Positions 58,322 through 64,000 of a stretch of 64,000 nucleotides of DNA are shown here, one piece after another (position 1 is the stretch's first letter; every line of letters begins with the position of its first letter). This DNA comes from an uncultured bacterium (GTDB lineage Bacteria > Patescibacteriota > Microgenomatia > Levybacterales > UBA12049), in assembly GCA_963826535.1 (NCBI GenBank), contig CAWGXL010000010.1, positions 362,814-426,813 of the forward strand, read 5' to 3'. Position numbers and translations under genes: made by a program. Below the pieces are notes generated by a model. It worked only from the letters and a program-made list of their open reading frames with translations, had not been told where the DNA came from and did no database searches.

Positions 58322-58547
58322 TTCTCATTATAATATTAACACGTGATAATTAGCGTCGCAAGTTAAGCAAATTACAGTTCTGACTGTTGTAATTTTCATT
58401 TAGAAGTTACTTCTTTATCCATAAAGTTAAAATTATAAATAGTAATATTTCATCAATTCAACTTCATATCTAACGTCAATATAACCCCCATTTACCTCGC
58501 CTTCTCCGCATACCCAAACCACTAATAGTAGCGTTTGCTAAATTTCT

Positions 58548-58578
58548 GTGGTAGCCTACCGAACAATGTCCGGACTTA
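58548..58578 (+). repeat. Dispersed about 30-nt motif TGTGGTAGCCTACCGAACAATGTCCGGACTT (copy 1)
   Basis: Matches 61565..61596 at about 24/31 positions, with hairpin-preserving differences. Confidence 0.5.
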
Positions 58579-58626
58579 TTACTCGAGTATAATCACTCAA
58601 GAACTACAATTCTAAAATGAATCTTT

Positions 58627-58851
58627 TTATGCTTTTTCGTCCTCAGCAGTATAAACCTCAACTAAATTACAATTTGGACATCTAAATGCAACAACACCAT
58701 AGGCAGGAAGAGCTTCACAACCTTTAACAACATTCTCAAAAACTTCATCATATTCTTTTCCAGACCAAACCAAACCATTCGCCAAAAATCGACCTGGGAA
58801 CATTTCAGTTTTACATTTAGGACAATTAATTTTACTTTTCTTAGTTACCAT
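58627..58851 (-). CDS. Zinc-ribbon protein (two CxxC pairs)
   Basis: CPKC...CPNC. Confidence 0.55.
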   Translation of the reverse strand: MVTKKSKINCPKCKTEMFPGRFLANGLVWSGKEYDEVFENVVKGCEALPAYGVVAFRCPNCNLVEVYTAEDEKA

Positions 58852-59106
58852 ATTCCCACCACCTTTAGTAATATATTACCTCAGTTGAGTAAATTAATCA
58901 TCACATTATTCTTTTAAGAAGTACACTTCGCAGAGTTTGTAAATTCTAATTCAGTATTGGGTTGAATTTTTAGATTTATTTATCTGAACTAAAAAACTTA
59001 AGATAGCCTATCGATGGATGATATAGCTAATTTTTCTACTCTAAGACTTTAAATGATTTCCAAAGTATCTTTTAAAGGCCAGCAAGAAACGGTTATTTAG
59101 AGGGGG

Positions 59107-59613
59107 TTAGATTTGCGCTTGATTAGATTGTTGGGAGATAATTGCATTTGCAAGAGAAGTTAACTTTTTATCTATTTCTCCTTCTTTATCTGTAATTTCA
59201 TCAATCATCTGTGCTATATTATCATGATCCATTTTTTCTGCATAATTACTTGCTGTGCCACAGGAAACGATTTCGTAATGTTTGATGCGTTGGGCAAGAG
59301 CAATAAGCATAAGATCTGCTTCTAGCGATGGTTGCATTTCTTCCAAGTGTTTACTAGCTTCATCAAGAATTCCCTCCATTGCCAGACACGCTGTGCCCTC
59401 AAGATCAATATCTAGCTCTTTTCCAATCTTCTCAATCTTTTCAATCAATCTATATGTTTCTTCATGACCTTTTGTAAGATATCGTTTCAACTCAGGATTC
59501 TTGGTTTTGACAATAAATTGAGGCATAGCCATAGCTATCTGCTGTTCGGCATCATACATATCCTCAAGCTCGTCAATGAGTAATGGGTGGAGAAATGCAT
59601 TTTTCATATACAA
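59107..59613 (-). CDS. DUF892 (YciE/YciF) ferritin-like protein
   Basis: LEDMYDAEQQI...HEETYRLIEKIEKIG pattern of DUF892. Confidence 0.7.
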   Translation of the reverse strand: MYMKNAFLHPLLIDELEDMYDAEQQIAMAMPQFIVKTKNPELKRYLTKGHEETYRLIEKIEKIGKELDIDLEGTACLAMEGILDEASKHLEEMQPSLEADLMLIALAQRIKHYEIVSCGTASNYAEKMDHDNIAQMIDEITDKEGEIDKKLTSLANAIISQQSNQAQI

Positions 59614-59734
59614 ATTACTTTAAAGAAAAAATGTAAAAAGTAGACTTAAAAGGAGTAAGAGAGGAGTAAATGATTAGAGAAGAGCTGCGGAGGATATAGA
59701 GAGAGCTAGTCGTAGCTCGTCCTTTTTTTCCAAG

Positions 59735-60313
59735 CTATCGCGTCGGCTCGAGGAGCACCCAATTATGCGATACGTAGGGTTCACTACAGAGATTACGGTT
59801 AAAACAGCAGGGGCGTCTCATTCCTTTGTTGAGTTTGTCGAGCGCAACTTCTATATGCTTTTGGCGGGTCTCCGGTGTTTTGACAGCGCGTATCCAGCGA
59901 ATCCAATCCCAACGGGCAAGTGGGGTAATATCCTTCCATAAAGCCTCGGCTTTTGGGGAAGTTGCCAAAGCTTTTTTTAAATCTTCAGGAACTTCCGGCT
60001 CTATCCATTCTTTGGTCGGTTCAAGCGAAACTTGTACAGTATCGCCTGCCTTTGCGGAAGCGTCATCAAGCAACTTTTTGTCAGGTCTAAACCAGTGGCT
60101 CGGTTTTTGCCCTGGTGCATACCTCCCATCCGGTTCGAGCAAGGCTTTAAAAGGAGCGCCATTGATAGTCCCTGAAACCATTGTCATACCTCTTGACGGA
60201 AGCTTTGCGGAGGCACTCTCAGGTAGTCTGAGAATGGTCCAGGAGCCGATTTTAAACAGTTTAGTTTCAAAACGGATTGTCGACATATTTCCTTGATCAT
60301 TGTTTTCTACCAT
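59735..60313 (-). CDS. DUF1905 + YdeI/OmpD-associated domain protein
   Basis: IRFETKL..IGSWTILRLPE...GTINGAPF..L..DG (DUF1905) and C-terminal YdeI-like region; gene GC about 48% versus about 32% background. Confidence 0.6.
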   Translation of the reverse strand: MVENNDQGNMSTIRFETKLFKIGSWTILRLPESASAKLPSRGMTMVSGTINGAPFKALLEPDGRYAPGQKPSHWFRPDKKLLDDASAKAGDTVQVSLEPTKEWIEPEVPEDLKKALATSPKAEALWKDITPLARWDWIRWIRAVKTPETRQKHIEVALDKLNKGMRRPCCFNRNLCSEPYVSHNWVLLEPTR

Positions 60314-60462
60314 AATATTTATTATACCAAATCCTCACTTTTTGGTCGAAGATCACAAGTTCTATAAACGATCGCCCCCCTCACGACCAAGTAAAATAGG
60401 CTCATAATTGGCATCTATATGTAATTAATTGACAAATACATAGTCCCATAATATAATACGCT

Positions 60463-61482
60463 GTGTCCAACTACACGAATCAGCCATATTTTTTCTCAAG
60501 CGATCTATATTTGAAAACACTTGCCGAAGTGTTTTTTTCGAATGACACCTATGAAATAAAAAATAGTACCGTAGAAGATCAGACGTTTCGGCTCTTATAT
60601 GTGAACAACAAGCCTATCACATCTTTTCCATTTCTAGATTTTCTTATCCCTTTTAATACGCAGGATAAAGCAGCTTCCACAATACCCTATATTCAGAGAG
60701 TTGCACTTGAGGAAGTCGTATATCAACAAGAGCAAACAGAAAGTACTTCTCTCACACATGAGGATGAACAAATCGCTCCATTTATTGCCCTTTCATCATA
60801 TCCATCATGGGAACAGTATATGACTAGCGTAAAAGAAAAAAATAGTAAATTTATTACTGATACTGCAAGAAGATTACGCAAACTGGAAACAGATTATGGA
60901 CAGGTTACTTTTAACTATAAAGATTTAAGTGAAGAAACTTTTAAAAAGCTAGTAGCTTGGAAATCGAGTCACTATGATGCTTTTGGTGGAACAACAATGT
61001 TTCTGGACAAAAGAATACTTACTTTTTTCAAAGCACTTGAGAAAAAAGGTGCTGTTATAATTTCTTCAATTTCAGTAAATAACACTGTTATAGCAGCACA
61101 CCTTGGTGCATATGATGGCACAACACTATATTCCTGGATCCCGTCCTACGACAAAACATTTGCTAAATATTCTCCCGGTAGAATTCTTCTTACCATGATC
61201 CTTGAGGAATGTTACTCTCAAGGCATCAAAACCTTTGATTTCCTGCTTGGAGGAGAAAATTATAAATGGTATTTTGCTACACATTTCCGCCCAATTACAT
61301 CGATTGGAACAATGCCATTTAATCAAAACATATTGAGGTCAAGCCAAGGAATCATTAAAAAGACAATGCTACATATCTCTCCTTCATTTTTTTACCGTAG
61401 TAAAAAAGTATTAATTCTTATGGCATCACCATTTTATTCAATAAGGAATCAAAAAAATATCACCCACCACGCAACCCAGTAG
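60463..61482 (+). CDS. GNAT-fold acetyltransferase of the CelD/BioF2-like (Acetyltransf_6) family
   Basis: C-terminal AAHLGAYDGTTLYSWIPSYD...YSPGRILL...KTFDFLLGGENYKWYFA characteristic of the family. Confidence 0.6.
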   Translation: MSNYTNQPYFFSSDLYLKTLAEVFFSNDTYEIKNSTVEDQTFRLLYVNNKPITSFPFLDFLIPFNTQDKAASTIPYIQRVALEEVVYQQEQTESTSLTHEDEQIAPFIALSSYPSWEQYMTSVKEKNSKFITDTARRLRKLETDYGQVTFNYKDLSEETFKKLVAWKSSHYDAFGGTTMFLDKRILTFFKALEKKGAVIISSISVNNTVIAAHLGAYDGTTLYSWIPSYDKTFAKYSPGRILLTMILEECYSQGIKTFDFLLGGENYKWYFATHFRPITSIGTMPFNQNILRSSQGIIKKTMLHISPSFFYRSKKVLILMASPFYSIRNQKNITHHATQ

Positions 61483-61564
61483 AAAAGTGAAAAAAGTGGA
61501 AGAAACTAACGATATTCCAGTTATATCAAACCAAAGTGCTTTTTTGCACCATCAAAAATACTCC

Positions 61565-61596
61565 CGTGGGTAGCCCACCGAACGATGTTAGGACTT
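61565..61596 (+). repeat. Dispersed about 30-nt motif CGTGGGTAGCCCACCGAACGATGTTAGGACTT (copy 2)
   Basis: See 58548..58578. A partial third instance (ACCGAACGATCAAA) lies on the opposite strand at 62826..62845. Confidence 0.5.
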
Positions 61597-61746
61597 TTTT
61601 AGTTATATAAGCACTAACGAAATTGATTTCTACAAAAATTCTTTTCGATTAATTAATATTTAAAAATTTTATTCGTTTCATGCAAAGTATTTACTACCAA
61701 AGAAAGCAAGACATCAGTACCAAGACTGTGATAAAATGAGTTAAGT

Positions 61747-62652
61747 ATGCAAAAAATCCTTCCTAATTTTTGGTTTGATCATAATGCTGAGGAAGCTGTT
61801 AATTTTTATCTGTCAGTTTTTAAAGATGGCAAAATCAATGCAACGTTACATTATCCAAAAACTGAAGAAGAAGGCTTGGCTGACTTCCAAAAAGATTTAG
61901 CTGGAAAAGTACTTACTATTGATTTTGAAATAAGTGGGTTTCGATTTACTGCAATTAATGCAGATACAACGTTTAAACCAAATCCCTCAATCTCCTTTTT
62001 CTACTCCTGTAACTCAAAAAAAGAAAGTGATACGTTATGGGAGAAGTTAGCAGATGGAGGTAAGGCACTGATGGAACTTGGAGAGTACCCATTTAGTAAA
62101 TATTATGGTTGGGTACAGGATAAATTTGGTTATAGCTGGCAGCTCATATTAAATAATCCTGAAGGTGATAAACGACCCAAAATTGTACCTTCACTTATGT
62201 TTACAAAAGAGAGAGATGGACAAGCAGAGGATGCAATGAAGTTTTATATCTCAGTCTTTAAAGAAAGTGAGATAAGTAAAAACCTTAATCATTATCCCTC
62301 AGATATGTCTGACAGAGAAGGTAAGATTTCCTATGCTGATTTTAGACTGTTTGATCAATGGTTTGCTGTTATGGACGGTGGAAATGATCATGATTTTAGT
62401 TTCAATCCAGCAATTTCACTCATGGTGAAATGCAAAGGTCAAGAAGAAATTGATTATTATTGGAAAAAACTATCAGCAAATCCTGACTTTGAACAATGTG
62501 GTTGGCTTGAAGATAAATATGGTGTTAGTTGGCAAATTGCACCTGAGAATATAGATGAATTGATACGGTTGCCAGGAGCATATAAGCGTATGATGAATAT
62601 GAAAAAACTCGATATTGCTGAATTACAAAATACTGAAAAAAACGAGAAATAA
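61747..62652 (+). CDS. VOC-superfamily protein with two PhnB/3-demethylubiquinone-9 3-methyltransferase-like (PF06983-type) domains
   Basis: Tandem repeats of the FWFD/LMF...A..FY.SVFK...I motif pattern. Confidence 0.65.
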   Translation: MQKILPNFWFDHNAEEAVNFYLSVFKDGKINATLHYPKTEEEGLADFQKDLAGKVLTIDFEISGFRFTAINADTTFKPNPSISFFYSCNSKKESDTLWEKLADGGKALMELGEYPFSKYYGWVQDKFGYSWQLILNNPEGDKRPKIVPSLMFTKERDGQAEDAMKFYISVFKESEISKNLNHYPSDMSDREGKISYADFRLFDQWFAVMDGGNDHDFSFNPAISLMVKCKGQEEIDYYWKKLSANPDFEQCGWLEDKYGVSWQIAPENIDELIRLPGAYKRMMNMKKLDIAELQNTEKNEK

Positions 62653-62870
62653 TCTTTTTAGGTACATTTTATAGCACCTTCTGTGATTTCTATACTGTTA
62701 CCAGTTTAAATAGAGCAGTAATCCCATTCCCCTTATTTCTACAGAGCAAACTTCTACACTCATGTTATTCCCATCCAACTCACAATATATATATAGCCAT
62801 GCAAATTCTTGTTTATAAGAAAAGTTTTGATCGTTCGGTCAAAGGTAGTAAAATATGAGGCTAATCTTCT

Positions 62871-62946
62871 TGGGGTAGCTGACGGGGATCGAACCCGCGA
62901 CTTTCAGGTCCACAACCTGACGCTCTACCACTGAGCTACAGCCACC
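62871..62946 (-). tRNA. tRNA-His (anticodon GUG) with encoded G-1 and CCA
   Basis: Reverse complement G-GTGGCTG TA GCTC AGTGGTA GAGC G TCAGG TTGTGGA CCTGA AAGTC GCGGG TTCGATC CCCGT CAGCTAC C CCA. Confidence 0.85.
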
Positions 62947-62994
62947 AAACTAAACTTTGTATAGACCAGCTGAGCTGACCCACCAATCTAAAAC

Positions 62995-63228
62995 CTATTT
63001 TAACTCATACCCTCCCGAAGGAGCTTCATCGGATTCACCAATTTCAGCATACACCTCATTCGTATCTACTTGTGGACCATCATCAAACTTATATTCTTTA
63101 TGATCCTCATCATAATCAATTAGATGCTTTTTAATTCCTGTATATAATATCTTCGCAGCATGTTCACGGCTATCGTTATATGTATAGAATACTTTAGTAC
63201 AATATGAACACGTATGCGAATAATACAT
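62995..63228 (-). CDS. Hypothetical small acidic protein with CxxC motif
   Basis: ORF only. Confidence 0.35.
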   Translation of the reverse strand: MYYSHTCSYCTKVFYTYNDSREHAAKILYTGIKKHLIDYDEDHKEYKFDDGPQVDTNEVYAEIGESDEAPSGGYELK

Positions 63229-63253
63229 ATAAGTATTATACTACATAATTTAA

Positions 63254-63463
63254 CTATTTCTTGAAGAACAAATAGAAAATTAAAGACAAAACTGCACTAA
63301 TCAACAAAGTCGAAACCCACGGAAAGTAAAAAACGAAATTATCCTTTTTAATATAAATATCCCCGGGTAACTTTGGTAGAGAAGAAAAATTTACAAAACT
63401 TAAAATAATTCCAACAATCAGAATAATAGCACCGATCAATATCAACTCTTTCCCAATATTCAT
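63254..63463 (-). CDS. DUF2905 family small membrane protein
   Basis: LPKLPGDIYIKKDNFVFYFPWVSTLLISAVLSL matches the DUF2905 pattern. Confidence 0.6.
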   Translation of the reverse strand: MNIGKELILIGAIILIVGIILSFVNFSSLPKLPGDIYIKKDNFVFYFPWVSTLLISAVLSLIFYLFFKK

Positions 63464-64000
63464 TATAATCCGTCCTCCATAATTTCTCTGCGCTGCATTT
63501 GTCCTTTAAACAAAACACCAAAAATAACCCCCGCTATAAATCCTGCCACATGGGCCCAAAAAGCAATACCTCCCTGATCATTCATAAAAGGCAGCGATAC
63601 AGTTCCTGAAAATAATTGTAACAGAAACCAATACCCCAACATCAATGGAGCGTTAATTTCAATAACTGTTACAAAGAAAAATAAAAACACAAGTGTTTTA
63701 ATTTTAGAATGAGGAAACAGGACAAAATAACATCCTAAAACTCCGGCAACAGCTCCTGATGCCCCAACCATTGGAATAGATGTAGTAGGCATAAACGAAT
63801 ATTGAACCAGATTTCCCGCAATACCCGCGAACAAATATAAGAAAAAGAAAATAAATGGAGGCAAATACCCCTCGACGTCATCTCCGAATATCCAAAGAAA
63901 CCACATATTAGAAAGAATATGCAAAAATCCTCCATGCAGAAAAATCGCGGTAATAAAGGGTATAAACGTAACCAAATTAGAAAAATCAATTCTTGACGGT
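63463..64000 (-). CDS. Rhomboid-family intramembrane serine protease, N-terminus beyond the window edge
   Basis: GASGAVAGVLG (GxSG) and AHVAGFIAGV (His) motifs; the frame stays open upstream of the TTG at 63975 to the window end. Confidence 0.7.
   Translation of the reverse strand, partial: PSRIDFSNLVTFIPFITAIFLHGGFLHILSNMWFLWIFGDDVEGYLPPFIFFFLYLFAGIAGNLVQYSFMPTTSIPMVGASGAVAGVLGCYFVLFPHSKIKTLVFLFFFVTVIEINAPLMLGYWFLLQLFSGTVSLPFMNDQGGIAFWAHVAGFIAGVIFGVLFKGQMQRREIMEDGL

Noticed and set aside
59826-60296. 156-aa plus-strand ORF
   Set aside because: Shadow ORF inside the GC-rich YdeI/DUF1905 gene. High GC reduces stop-codon density, and the opposite strand has recognisable domains.
1-64000. CRISPR arrays, IS elements, rRNA genes
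   Set aside because: No regularly spaced 25-40-nt direct repeats, no transposase-like ORFs and no rRNA-like conserved blocks were seen. The only tandem repeats are the 14-bp triplet at 56802..56844.

Overview
The window is AT-rich (about 30-35% GC), densely packed with short genes and uses standard code 11 (TGA is a stop). The gene content looks like a Patescibacteria/CPR-type genome; that placement is inference. The gene symbols given to two ORFs below (rmd at 14278..15234, asnS/aspS at 30745..32169) are family-level assignments rather than recognised genes and should be read as tentative.

Recognisable core genes:
- ftsX (partial), the t6A genes tsaE, tsaC/Sua5 and a short tsaB.
- gltX with a tRNA-Gln(CUG) immediately downstream, an Asp/Asn-tRNA ligase, recJ and the CCA-adding enzyme.
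- secD, secF, gpsA, corA, dgkA and tRNA-His(GUG).

An 8-kb nucleotide-sugar island lies at 9.3-19.3 kb:
- rmlA, rmlC, rmlB and rmlD for dTDP-L-rhamnose.
- ugd for UDP-glucuronate.
- gmd plus an Rmd-like reductase for GDP-D-rhamnose.
- uxs for UDP-xylose, followed by a GT2-GtrA fusion (ArnC/Dpm1-like) and an ArnT/PMT-like GT-C transferase. Together these look like a lipid-linked pentose glycosylation pathway.

The most unusual locus is at 32.2-34.6 kb. Two adjacent uncharacterised genes each carry their own near-identical copy of a about 200-nt promoter plus structured leader with alternative antiterminator and terminator hairpins.
- The 529-aa protein has Pol-beta-type (G[KS]...DxD) and RelA/SpoT-like nucleotidyltransferase motifs.
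- The second gene encodes a 66-aa protein.
- Two copies of a roughly 90-115-bp GC-rich palindromic repeat sit at 32.18 kb and 37.70 kb.

Other notable content:
- A duplicated AcpS-type phosphopantetheinyl transferase divergent from an ACP-like carrier protein.
- An orphan HTH-MEDS-histidine kinase fusion.
- Two paralogous small (lipo)proteins with duplicated promoters.
- A class I methyltransferase with a frameshift.
- A GC-rich, probably horizontally acquired block at 57.2-60.3 kb (YdeI/DUF1905, DUF892 and others), with a 30-nt dispersed repeat in two direct copies (58.5 kb inside the block, 61.6 kb about 1.2 kb beyond its end) and a partial third.
- Candidate small structured RNAs at 41.6-41.8 kb and 49.95-50.08 kb.

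No CRISPR array, IS transposase or rRNA was found.
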